From Epithemia pelagica (taxonomy: Eukaryota; Protista; Bacillariophyta), in assembly GCA_946965045.2 (NCBI GenBank), contig OX337240.1:1178001-1242000 (forward strand): a stretch of 64,000 nucleotides of DNA. Direction: 5' to 3'. The notes below the pieces were generated by a model, which saw nothing but the letters and a program-made list of their open reading frames with translations, was not told where the DNA came from and searched no databases. Position 1 is the first letter of the stretch; the number at the start of each line of letters is the position of its first letter. The position numbers and the translations under genes are program-made. Positions 21,570-32,055 of this stretch are shown in pieces.

Positions 21570-22751
21570 CTACAACTCGCGTTCTGTTTCCGTCGGCCAC
21601 CCAAGCAGCCGTCCTAGTTTTTCGTAATAAACGTCATTCTCCAGGTATACGTGACAGCTCTTGACGCACATGTTTCGAACAGCAAGTTCGTTGCACTTGC
21701 CCTCTTGCGCGGCCAAGTTGGGGCAGTCCAATGGATTCTGATCCCGAACTCGGTAGGGACGTCGTCCCTTGTCCTGTTCCAGACTGGCGGAGTTGTCACT
21801 GGTCCAATGACGTCCGGCCTGGCTCATTAAATAGCGCAAATCACCGGCCGGAGGAAAGGCGGCCGTGGCATCGTCAAATTCGGCCACCGTATCGGGTTGT
21901 AGATCGTCCATGTACACGGCCACGGCCATGCGAAATTCTCGAGTGGCACGATAATCCACTGGACCCGTCCCATGGGGCGATGCACCACCGACCAACACGC
22001 CCTGATGATACCGAAAGGGCGTTCCCAGACCCTGCCGTGTGTCTCGATCGGCCAGGTGCAGCATGCCTCCCGAGGAGGGAATGACAATGGGAAAGAGTAC
22101 ATTGAAAATGTCTCCTTCCATATCTTCCAAATCGGTATGAATGTTGGTTCCATTAAAGTGCGAAACAATGATCAAGCTAGTGCCGTCAATCCACAACCCC
22201 TCCGACCCATACTTTTCACCAATGGTATCCAAAATATGGTCAAAGCCAGACTTGCGGTAAATGTCCAAAATGAGTTCGTACGTCCATTCATTGGCTGGAT
22301 CAATCCACGTCATGTCACCGTCCGAGGACCAGTGGTTGGAGGTTCGAGCTCCCCACGTGGTACCATCCGAGAGTGTATAGAGACGATTCTCATTCGGTAC
22401 CACCGGTTTGGAGTAGAGCAATTCATCGGCCACTTGTAACATGCCCGAGTCTCGAACATAATCTTGAAAGGCTTGCGTCAGTGTGGGTGGTAATCCAATG
22501 TAAAAGGTACCCTTGTCAATGGTTTGCTTGGTATCTCGTCGCACGGCTGTCGAAATTTCACCCGGTGCCAGATGTTGGGGACGCAAAAAGTTGGGTTCTT
22601 CCTCGGCCGAAAAGAGTGCCAATTCGGAAGGTTCTTCGTTGCCGTCTTCTCTCACGAGATCGTGTCTTGTAATGGCATGGTATCCCACAGACAGGCCTAC
22701 CAAGTAAGACGCAATCAAGAGGGATTGGCAAGCCACCATCCTTGTCGTCAT
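21570..22751 (-). CDS. Secreted 2OG-Fe(II) dioxygenase-like protein with C-terminal ShK-like cysteine domain
   Basis: Signal peptide (LLIASYLVGLSVG), HxD (IHTDLE), distal His (PHGT), Arg (EFRMAV) and C-terminal CPNLAAQEGKC...CVKSC. Confidence 0.65.
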   Translation of the reverse strand: MTTRMVACQSLLIASYLVGLSVGYHAITRHDLVREDGNEEPSELALFSAEEEPNFLRPQHLAPGEISTAVRRDTKQTIDKGTFYIGLPPTLTQAFQDYVRDSGMLQVADELLYSKPVVPNENRLYTLSDGTTWGARTSNHWSSDGDMTWIDPANEWTYELILDIYRKSGFDHILDTIGEKYGSEGLWIDGTSLIIVSHFNGTNIHTDLEDMEGDIFNVLFPIVIPSSGGMLHLADRDTRQGLGTPFRYHQGVLVGGASPHGTGPVDYRATREFRMAVAVYMDDLQPDTVAEFDDATAAFPPAGDLRYLMSQAGRHWTSDNSASLEQDKGRRPYRVRDQNPLDCPNLAAQEGKCNELAVRNMCVKSCHVYLENDVYYEKLGRLLGWPTETEREL

Positions 22752-23109
22752 GGTCTCTCTCTCTCTCTTTCTTTGAGTTTAGTTGGATGGAATTTTTGAG
22801 GGAAAGAGAAAGGATGCCGTTGAATCGCGCACCTCGGCATCGCACAGTTCGCGTTGTGTCCCGCGTACCTCGTGGGTCCCGTCAACCGCATCCAAACACG
22901 ACCGCACATCCGGAGATAAAAGTACTCCCCAGAATCTACTTTGAAGTTACCCGATCCATACGAACTAGTTAAAAATTAGCGATCTTAACGTGACACAAAT
23001 AGATCGCTTGGGAGTACTGGAACTTTCGCAATTATGGAACAGCATTGCTTGCTCTCTAGAGCCCATATTGCAGTGTTGAAACTGGACCAGGCTTCTTGCA
23101 TGGCTTGAA

Positions 23110-23170
23110 ACCACCACCACCACCAACAACAACACCAACAACAACAACACCAACAACAACAACAACCAAC
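23110..23170 (+). repeat. (ACC)n/(AAC)n microsatellite in the VPS20 5' region
   Basis: Directly visible trinucleotide tract. Confidence 0.9.
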
Positions 23171-23209
23171 GAAGAAGAAAGCAATTGAACAAGAGACATC
23201 AGGTCAACC

Positions 23210-23884
23210 ATGGGTGGAATGAGCAGCAAATCCAAAGCGGCTCCTCCTCGCAAGGCACCACCCGGTGGGGAGATTTCCCAAATGGATCGAGCCGTCTTGG
23301 ATTTGAAGAATGCTCGCGATCGATTGCAACGATACCGCAAAAAGTTGGAACAAGACGATGCCAAATTGGTAGCCCAGGCCAAAAAGGCCAAGGAGGCGGG
23401 ACGGAAGGAACAAGCCTTGGGAATTTTGCGACTCCGCAAATACAAACAGGCACAAGCGTCCTCCTGCGAAGATCAATTGCTCAATGTGCTGCAAATGGTC
23501 GAAACCATTGACAGTAAGCAGAATGAATCACAGGTATTGAGTGCCTTGGCGGCGGGGAAGGATACCTTGAAAAAGATGCACCAAGAAACGACCGTGGACG
23601 ATGTCTTGGAACTCATGGATGCCGTGACGGAAGAAATTCAAGTCGAACGAGAAATTACCGAAATTTTGCAAGGTGTCCCCGAATTGTCACCCGATCAAGA
23701 AGAAGCAGTCGAAGCCGAATTGGCCGCCTTGGAAGCGGAAATGATGGGAGAACCTGCCACCACCACCGCACCCTTGCCCGAACTTCCCACGGCCCCCACC
23801 ACCGAATTGCCTCAACCAACCACACCAGCCACAACCACAACCACCACCCAAGAACCTGTGGCACGAGTGGCGGTTCCTGGATAG
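23210..23884 (+). CDS. VPS20: ESCRT-III subunit Vps20/CHMP6 (Snf7 family), intact
   Basis: N-terminal MGG (myristoylation site), DRAVLDLKNARDRLQRYRKKL, ILRLRKYK, ETTVDDVLELMD and an acidic C-terminus. Confidence 0.92.
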   Translation: MGGMSSKSKAAPPRKAPPGGEISQMDRAVLDLKNARDRLQRYRKKLEQDDAKLVAQAKKAKEAGRKEQALGILRLRKYKQAQASSCEDQLLNVLQMVETIDSKQNESQVLSALAAGKDTLKKMHQETTVDDVLELMDAVTEEIQVEREITEILQGVPELSPDQEEAVEAELAALEAEMMGEPATTTAPLPELPTAPTTELPQPTTPATTTTTTQEPVARVAVPG

Positions 23885-25727
23885 AAGCGTCTTGTCTCCC
23901 AAAAATTCTTGTGGTTCGAGGTGGCCGGTAGCAATGGCGAATCACAGGGCAAAGAGGAACGCCATGGTTACTCGGCAATGGATTGCTCGAATGGAGCGCA
24001 TATATATGTACCCAACTACAGTAGGTAGACCATTTTTGCTCTTGTTGTGGACACAACAGTGATATCTACATGTCATCCTAATGCCCATTGGACAAACGGT
24101 AAGGATGAGATAGCTCTAGACTTTTTTGTTGCTCTTGTCTATTATTTCGACCCGTTCTTTTTTAGTTTAGAGGAGGAGGACCTCTTGTCCGCGAAAACAT
24201 GGTAAATCAGTCATGGCCTTTGTGTTTGAAAGCGCCATTGGACTCATCCATTGCTCGAAGTGCAGGGATTAGCAAACATTGCCGTACGTGGAATTGGGAG
24301 TCACCCGAGACTTGCTGTACCTCGATTCGTAGCGATTCAATCATGGCAATTTCGTTCTCCCTCCATGGTCACTTCACATACTAGGATCCAATACTTTACT
24401 TTTTATTCTTCTCCTCCTTTTGCAGCATCAAACCGAGGCCCACAATCCCCATGGCCAGAGAAGGAAACACGACGGCTCCCTTAAAGACAGTTTCGACAAA
24501 CTTGGCATCTTTGGCATTCATTCCAGCTCCGCGAAGATGAAATACAGAAGAGAAGGAGCACTGCAACGCCCGTCGTTGCAACAGACTGCGACCGGAAGAT
24601 GGAACCAAGGTGGACGGATGCAGCGCCATGGTGTGGAGTCGGATATCACAACAATCTCCTTCGTCGATATGGATTCCACAAGTCCTGCCACGTCACAAAA
24701 AGGGAGTATGGTGGGGTAACGCGCAGGCCGACAGAGCGCCATGCTCGAGAGCGTGCATTTTGTCGATCGCGAGCAATCCCATCCAGAATTCCAGCTTGCT
24801 GCAAGTCAAAGAATGAAAGTGTTCTGTTTCGCTCAGTCGCAATTCGACGAGTTCTGTTCGCAAAGAAGGAGGGGGGAACTACCGAAAAAGAACATCCCAA
24901 TCTGCACCAGGTTTTTGCTCTTGTGTGCCAAAAACCACGATGCAACCGAAAAACAGAAGACAAGAGCATGAGGTGCATGTGTGTCAGTGTCACGGACTGT
25001 CTGTGCTGTCACGAAAACAGGAAGCCGACTTCCGACAAAGAGAACGCAAAAAACGAGCAAACGAGTCAAGTGGCAACACCTTGTCAATCATCCAGTAGAG
25101 ACCCGTCAACCATTACAAACTCCTTGTATCTTCCTCTTCCTTGGACGGAAAACACAAACATAGAAGAGAATGCAACGACTATCCATGCTCCTCCAAGGAG
25201 ACACAATGCGATGCACTCGAGTCGTCTTGCGACTGCAGATACCCATTCGGTCATTGTATTCTGCTTCCTGCGTTGCAGCAACAGCAGCAAATCGTTTGAC
25301 ACGAGGACCACACACGACTGGGGTAGGAACAACAGCCTCTTGCCCGAGATCTCATTCTTTGTATGATGCTGCCGATGAAAATGCTTTGGGTCGTCGGTTC
25401 AAATCCACACGACCAGCCATGATTGATCCAGAGGACGACAATGAGGAGGACCCGCACGCAACTCATCATCATCATCACCATGTCAATGGATCCTCCTCCT
25501 CTTCGTCGTCTCGCATGCGAATGGTTCCCTTTCACGATTGGAATACAACGTCGACATGGACACGCCCGACAACTGCAGATTCCATGGGGGTCCAACCGGT
25601 GTGGTGGTCCTCGTCGGCGGCACTCGACTCCAGCCACGAGGAAGACGAAGAAGAACCAGTGCACAAACACGTAGAGATTCCAGCGGCTGCACCGCGAACG
25701 CAACCTAGGGTGTTGTCCTACAATGGA
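23247..25727 (+). repeat. 2.5-kb duplicated flank, copy 1 (partner 29587-32055)
   Basis: The first 508 bp are identical to the partner; the rest carries many substitutions and indels. Confidence 0.95.
24396..24629 (-). CDS. Small single-pass membrane protein (77 aa), copy 1
   Basis: ORF and stop are conserved in the duplicate (30732-30962). Differences in this frame are synonymous or conservative (GTC/GTA, TTT/TTC, IV/ML). Contains HLRGAG and the hydrophobic segment AVVFPSLAMGIVGLGLML followed by KEEKNKK. Confidence 0.5.
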   Translation of the reverse strand: MALHPSTLVPSSGRSLLQRRALQCSFSSVFHLRGAGMNAKDAKFVETVFKGAVVFPSLAMGIVGLGLMLQKEEKNKK

Positions 25728-25730
25728 TGA
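25170..25730 (+). pseudogene. BCKDHA: 3'-truncated copy of BCKDHA exon 1
   Basis: Matches 31504 onward up to VLSYNG, then stops at the junction (25727/25728). Confidence 0.9.
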
Positions 25731-25997
25731 TCGCATTGCCAAATTCTCGTTATGCTATGTGCGCATCTTGATTGGATTCGGAACCTGTATACAGATTAAG
25801 GTAGATGTGCTAGCTCCTACGCAGGTCAGACTACGAATAAGTTTAGGATAAAATGGGGGTCAACACGGTTTGTCCTAAAATCCTATTTGAGGGGGGAAGG
25901 AGTTTAGGAATTTAGGAGTAGGTCAAACCGTTTTCCTCCAATTAAAACATATAGAATCACACAAATAAACTTTCCCCCCAAAAATTGGAACAGCACC

Positions 25998-28600
25998 ATG
26001 GCGCGCAAGCGAATCATTGTTGATGGCAAACCTGTGCAACTCTCCAATCACCAAGAATATAACGACTATATCAATCGAAAGCGCGTGGAGTGCCTTGAAG
26101 ATACGAACGGCACAGAAATAGGCGGTTTTGATTCCCTTGATGACAGCGGCACCTACAGGCTGGGGCCGCCTGTCCAACCAGTGAGTTTGAATTTGTGATT
26201 GTGTATCTGTATTCGATGTTGAGATTCGAATCTCTCTTTGCCTACTTCACCTATTTTCGAGACGGATGGCTAGTATTGAACTACATGACCGCAGGAACAA
26301 CAATCTATTTCGCATGACGCCATCCAAGAGTCAACAAACTGAAGCCCTCACATCATTTTTTTTAATTTACCTGTATCTTTCCCCTACTCTCTATTCATTT
26401 CTCACTCGATAAACGTGCCTCATTTTATCACCGATCCGACAATGGCATTGTTTGTCATCAATTGAAAATATTTTCGTTGATTGCGATTGCCGAATTTTTC
26501 AAATGAACGATGCGACGATGGCGCTATCTGTCACAGCCAGTAATTCAGTTTGACAGTTCAACGATGGATACCAATACCTCTACCCTTTACTACACGATTG
26601 ACACACACACGATTTCTTTTGACAAGAATGGTCGCTACAGCTTTGGTCTCATCACCAAGCGCGAGGGGAGATTCACACCGCGGCAAGTTGAAGAGGTTTA
26701 TAGATCCAATAGAATTGCGCAGATCTTTCAAAAAGAAAACTGGAAAGAGACATTTGTTTCCCAGCTTTCCCACCTTCAAAAGAAATTTGTTCGGAATGGA
26801 ATCAAAGCGAACGAGATGGAATTTGACATGATAGAAGACTTCAAAGGTGCGGGGGAAATGGCATACCAGCAATTCCTCTACTCTTCGTTTAGTATGCTTT
26901 TTGCATCAGCGGCATTTTCGCTTGTGGGCAACCCTTACCTTTCTCTTCAATATCATGCTGATGAGAACGTGCTCTCATCGATCCCATGTATGTGGAGGGA
27001 AAATGAAGAAACCGAATACCAAAAAGGTCACATAATAATCCAGCCTGATTCTGCCGCAGTTCTAAAGGGATGTACGGACGTTTTTGGGATGATGGAAATG
27101 AAATCGTCTGCCAATAATTCACGCCTAAACCTTAGAGACTTCGACAAGTGCGTCCTAGCAACAGCTTCTACTGCCCTTGCGTTATTGCCCGAGCTGAACA
27201 AGAAGGTGATCAAATCTATTGCAATTCCCTTCATTGTTGCAGGGGGACAATGGTTGTCGCTTTATGTTACAAGGGTGAGGGACAGTGGTGTCCCTTTTGT
27301 TTCCACGGTGGATCTATGCAGTGAAACCTACAAGAGTGGTTCTGTGAATTGCAGAGGATCACCATCGGAAGCGCGTTGGCGCTGCTTCGTAGCTTTGGCT
27401 GTTTTATTGGACGAATTTCTCGCAAGCATAAAAGACTGCAATCTAAAAATGTATGAACAGATGAAAGCCAATTATGATGGGGATAACATTTTCTCGACTA
27501 CAAGGAGCAGCAAAAGATCTGCAAAAAGGAACAGAGAGTCATTAGAAACCGATGCAAGCAATACAAAACAGGAAACAAGCGATGCAAAACAGGAGACAAG
27601 CAGTAACAAACAGGGTACGAACAGAGCAATGGAAAGGGAAGCTGGCAAGGCGGCAAGTTGCTGCGGGAGGTTTAAAAACGTAGTTTACCCATTCACAAGG
27701 TTCTTGAGTTTTGGCGATGACGACACCGTGGTTGAATATCAGAGTGAATCACCCTTTTACTTCAAAGGGGAATATGATCATGAGCAGATTATTGATGGCA
27801 CGTCGCAGGGTGTTTTCCTGAAAGTCTGGAGAGTTGACGACCTCTCCTGTCCTGATTCCGTCGAGAAAGAATGGATGTTGCAGTGGAGGGCGCACAGTTA
27901 CAATGTTCCAGTTGCTTCGCCACTCTCCAAGGAACTGATCAAATCAAAACCTCATCAAGCTGGGCATGAGTATCTTGTCGCTGCAATGGAGTTTGTTGAT
28001 TTTGGTGAAATTCATACAATTGACGATGTCATTTCCTTTTCAGTAGCGCTTCTCTCTACCGTGGAAAAACTTCACTCCAAAGCGACCGTATTGCACTGTG
28101 ATTTGAAGCCCAACAATGTGCGTTGGAGCAAAGGAGTTGTGAAGCTAATTGATTTCGGCCGTGCCCAATTACTTGCTGAAGCAAAGAATGTTCCAGGGAC
28201 AAGGGGATACGAAGCACCAGAGGTCGAACGGGGAGAGGTACCATCCATTGCTTCTGATGCGTTTTCTGCGGGAAAGACGATTGCTTTCTTTTTCGAACAA
28301 TTTCTCAATCGTGGGTATACTCTTGACTCCACATCGCTCGCGATCAAAACGACAGTGGATGCCTTGACAAGGGCTAATTCGATCGATCGCATGTCAGTTT
28401 CGGATGCACACCAAATCTTATTGAATCTGGTGGATGCAGATACCGATAGTATGACTACCAGTATCGAGACAAAGAACGAGATGATTTGCGAAGATAAAGC
28501 TGTGTCTCGGATTTCCTCGGAAGCTTCGGCACCGCAATCGAGTTGCAGCCAAGGACTTTCAGTTGCCCCAACTAAGAGAAGATTAGCCGAGATATCATAG
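25998..28600 (+). CDS. Crinkler/CR-like effector copy B: different (ubiquitin-like?) header exon + the same PD-(D/E)xK nuclease + kinase
   Basis: Exon 1 25998-26180 (61 codons, phase 0) with GTGAGT donor at 26181; in-phase CAG acceptor at 26534-26536; exon 2 26537-28600, 6 aa different from copy A. The splice model is inferred. Confidence 0.8.
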
Positions 28601-29586
28601 ACAAGAGGAACGAGAGGAGGCTTCCTCTGCGTGCAAAGCCATTGGATTCAAATCCTTTCCCGAACATTGGTCGGAAGTACGGAACGATGCCGTTTTTCAA
28701 CGAGGCCTGATGAAAGATATTCGGGTCAAAAAAATTATTTTGCATCGACAAGACGAATTAGCTGTCTCTGTGTCCATGCTTCGTGCCGATCAAACGGGAC
28801 GATACATGAAACATGCCTACCCCGACGACTTGACCTTGCACATTGATCCAGCTCAGTTTCAACAGTTTGTGGACAATTATCGAGATACTTTTGCTCGAAA
28901 ATACAAATCGCCGACCGTTGGGCGAGATACCTTTTGTATCACCTACGAACAATTGTGCAGTGATACCACTGTATTGGAAGGACAAATCATGCCCCAATTG
29001 TTTCAGTTTTTTGGTGTCGATCCGACCGCTCCCGTGAAGCGACTCAAGGAAACGGTCAAACAAGCCAATCCTCAGGAAGATTTGGCGACTGTCATTGAAA
29101 ACTATGACCAGTTGGAGTTTTGTTTTCGATATTCTAATCTGGTGCATTTTGTCCAACGAAAACAAAACCAACAAGCGACCGCTTCCATGATCGACGGCCA
29201 GGACGATGCGACTCCCAGCGACCAGGACCAAGCACTGGATTCCTTTGCCAGTGTCGATCCACCCCCTTTGGCAAGTTGGAGAGTTGGAGTAGTCTCTTGC
29301 CCATTTGTTCTCGAGCCATGTCCAAACAGACCAAACCTCGGCACATGGTCAACCAGGGTCCACATGATCCAAACACGAAGGAACAACACAATTTCAGTGC
29401 CAACCGATTTTTGGATCTGACTCTTTCTTCTCAGCATGATGAGAAAAGCAAATCAACCGTCAATCACGACAGCTGTTGGGCCATGTTACAAGAATTCGCC
29501 GAAACACTCGAAGTGACAGCGTGCGAGGATCAATTATCGCTGACCGAGATTATTATCGGTATTGACATTGATGATGTCGTTTACCA
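26333..29586 (+). repeat. 3254-bp segmental duplication, copy B (partner 10079-13332)
   Basis: As for copy A; ends at GTCGTTTACCA, fused to VPS20 sequence. Confidence 0.97.
28587..29586 (+). pseudogene. Fragment of the sulfotransferase-GT pseudogene (duplicate of 12333-13332)
   Basis: Near-identical to copy A, including the 8-bp duplication frameshift. Confidence 0.88.
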
Positions 29587-30230
29587 CTCGCAAGGCACCA
29601 CCCGGTGGGGAGATTTCCCAAATGGATCGAGCCGTCTTGGATTTGAAGAATGCTCGCGATCGATTGCAACGATACCGCAAAAAGTTGGAACAAGACGATG
29701 CCAAATTGGTAGCCCAGGCCAAAAAGGCCAAGGAGGCGGGACGGAAGGAACAAGCCTTGGGAATTTTGCGACTCCGCAAATACAAACAGGCACAAGCGTC
29801 CTCCTGCGAAGATCAATTGCTCAATGTGCTGCAAATGGTCGAAACCATTGACAGTAAGCAGAATGAATCACAGGTATTGAGTGCCTTGGCGGCGGGGAAG
29901 GATACCTTGAAAAAGATGCACCAAGAAACGACCGTGGACGATGTCTTGGAACTCATGGATGCCGTGACGGAAGAAATTCAAGTCGAACGAGAAATTACCG
30001 AAATTTTGCAAGGTGTCCCCGAATTGTCACCCGATCAAGAAGAAGCAGTCGAAGCCGAATTGGCCGCCTTGGAAGCGGAAATGATGGGAGAACCGGCTGC
30101 TACTACCACAACACCCTTGCCCGAACTTCCCACGGCCCCCACCACCGAATTGCCTCAACCAACCACACCAGCCACAACCACCACAACCACCACCCAAGAA
30201 CCTGTGGCACGAGTGGCGGTTCCTGGATAA
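29571..30230 (+). CDS. VPS20: Chimeric Vps20 copy with a new N-terminus (MMSFTT-RKAPP...)
   Basis: The ATG at 29571 comes from the GT pseudogene and is in frame with VPS20 codon 14 onward. Expression is unknown. Confidence 0.55.
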   Translation: MMSFTTRKAPPGGEISQMDRAVLDLKNARDRLQRYRKKLEQDDAKLVAQAKKAKEAGRKEQALGILRLRKYKQAQASSCEDQLLNVLQMVETIDSKQNESQVLSALAAGKDTLKKMHQETTVDDVLELMDAVTEEIQVEREITEILQGVPELSPDQEEAVEAELAALEAEMMGEPAATTTTPLPELPTAPTTELPQPTTPATTTTTTTQEPVARVAVPG

Positions 30231-32055
30231 AAACGTGTTGTCTCCAAAAAATTCTTGTGGTTCGAGTTGGCCGGTAGCAATGGCGAATCACAGGGCAAGG
30301 CGAACGCCATGGTTACTCGGCAACGGATTGCTCGAATGGGGCGCATGTATGTACCCAACTATAGTAGGTAGACCGTTTTTGCTCTTGTTGTGCAAATCAA
30401 CCATGAAATCTACATGTCATGCTACCGCCCATTGGACAAACGGTAAGGACGAGAAAGCTAGACTTTTTTGTTGCTCTTGTCTATTTCAACCCGTTCTTTA
30501 GTTTAGAAGAGGAGGACCTCTTGTCCGCGAAACCATGGTAAATCAGTCATTGCCTTTGTGTTTGAAAGCGCCATTGGACTCATCCATTGCTCGAAGTGCA
30601 GGGATTAGCAAACATTGGCGTACGTGGAATTGGGAGTCACCCGAGACTTGCTGTACCTCGATTCGTAGTGATTCAATCATGGCAATTTCGTTCCTCCTCG
30701 ATATCCAATTCACATACATGGATCCACCACTTTACTTTTTATTCTTCTCCTTTTGCAGCATCAAACCGAGGCCCAACATCCCCATGGCCAGAGAAGGAAC
30801 CACGACGGCTCCCTTGAATACAGTTTCGACAAACTTGGCATCTTTGGCATTCATTCCAGCTCCACGAAGATGAAATACCGAAGAGAACGAGCACTGCAAC
30901 GCCCGTCGTTGCAACAGACAACGACCGGAAGATGGAACCAAAGTGGACGGATGCAGCGCCATGGTGTGGAGTCGGATATCATAACAATCTCCGTCGTCGA
31001 TAGATTCCACAAGTCCTGCCACGTCACAAAAAGGGCTTGCTCCCCGTGGGACCACGCAGGCCGACAGAGCACCATGCTCGAGAGCATGCATTTTGTCGAT
31101 CGCGAGCAATCCCCGCTAGAATTCCAGCTTGCTGCAAGTCAAAGAATGAGAAAGTGTTCTGTTTCGTTCAGTCGCAATTCGACGAGTTCTGTTCGCGAAG
31201 AAGAAAGGAGGGAACTACCGAAAAAGAACATCCCAATCTGCACCAGGTTTTTGCTCTTGTGTGCCAAAAACCACGATGCAACCGAAAAACAGAAGACAAG
31301 AGCATCAGGTGCATGTGTGTCAGTGTCACGGACTGTCTGTGCTGTCACGAAAACAGGAAGCCGACTTCCGACAAAGAGAACGCAAAAAACGAGCAAACGA
31401 GTCAAGTGGCAACACCTTGTCAAGATCATCCAGTAGTAGAGACAACCATAACATACTCCTTGTATCTTCTTTCTCCTTGGACGGAAAACAAACATAGAAG
31501 AGAATGCAACGACTATCCATGCTCCTCCAAGGAGAAACAATGCGATGCACTCGAGCCGTCTTGCGACTGCAGATACCCATTCGGTCATTGTATTCTGCTT
31601 CCTGCGTTGCAGCAGCAACAGACGCAAATCGTTTGACACGAGGAGCACACACGACTGTAGGAACAACAGCTTCTTGCCCGAGGTCTCATTCTTTGTATGA
31701 TGAAAATGCTTCTGGTCGTCGGTTCAAATCCACACGACCGGCCATGATTGATCCAGAGGACGAGGAGGAGGACCCGCACGCAACTCATCATCATCATCAC
31801 CATGTCAATGGATCCTCCTCTTCGTCGTCTCGCATGCGAATGGTTCCCTTTCACGATTGGAATACAACGTCGACACGGACACGCCCAGCAACTGCAGATT
31901 CCATGGGGGTCCAACCCGTGTGGTGGTCCTCGTCGGCGGCACTCGACTCCAGCCACGAGGAGGAGGAGGAAGACGAAGAAGAACCAGTGCATGAACACGT
32001 AGAGACTCCAGCGGCTGCACCCCGAACGCAACCTAGCGTGTTGTCGTACAATGGA
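29587..32055 (+). repeat. 2.5-kb duplicated flank, copy 2 (partner 23247-25727)
   Basis: Direct alignment by eye; offset is 6340 bp at the start. Confidence 0.95.
30732..30962 (-). CDS. Small single-pass membrane protein (76 aa), copy 2
   Basis: Duplicate of 24396-24629 with the frame conserved. Confidence 0.5.
   Translation of the reverse strand: MALHPSTLVPSSGRCLLQRRALQCSFSSVFHLRGAGMNAKDAKFVETVFKGAVVVPSLAMGMLGLGLMLQKEKNKK

Noticed and set aside
29276-29851. 191-aa chimeric ORF joining the GT fragment to an alternative VPS20 frame
   Set aside because: The 3' half is an out-of-frame reading of VPS20; an accidental product of the junction.
30739-30921. Cys-rich ORF (CQRCQVCRNC) resembling a Zn finger or ferredoxin
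   Set aside because: The frame is interrupted by a stop in the duplicate copy, and substitutions favour the overlapping TM-protein frame.
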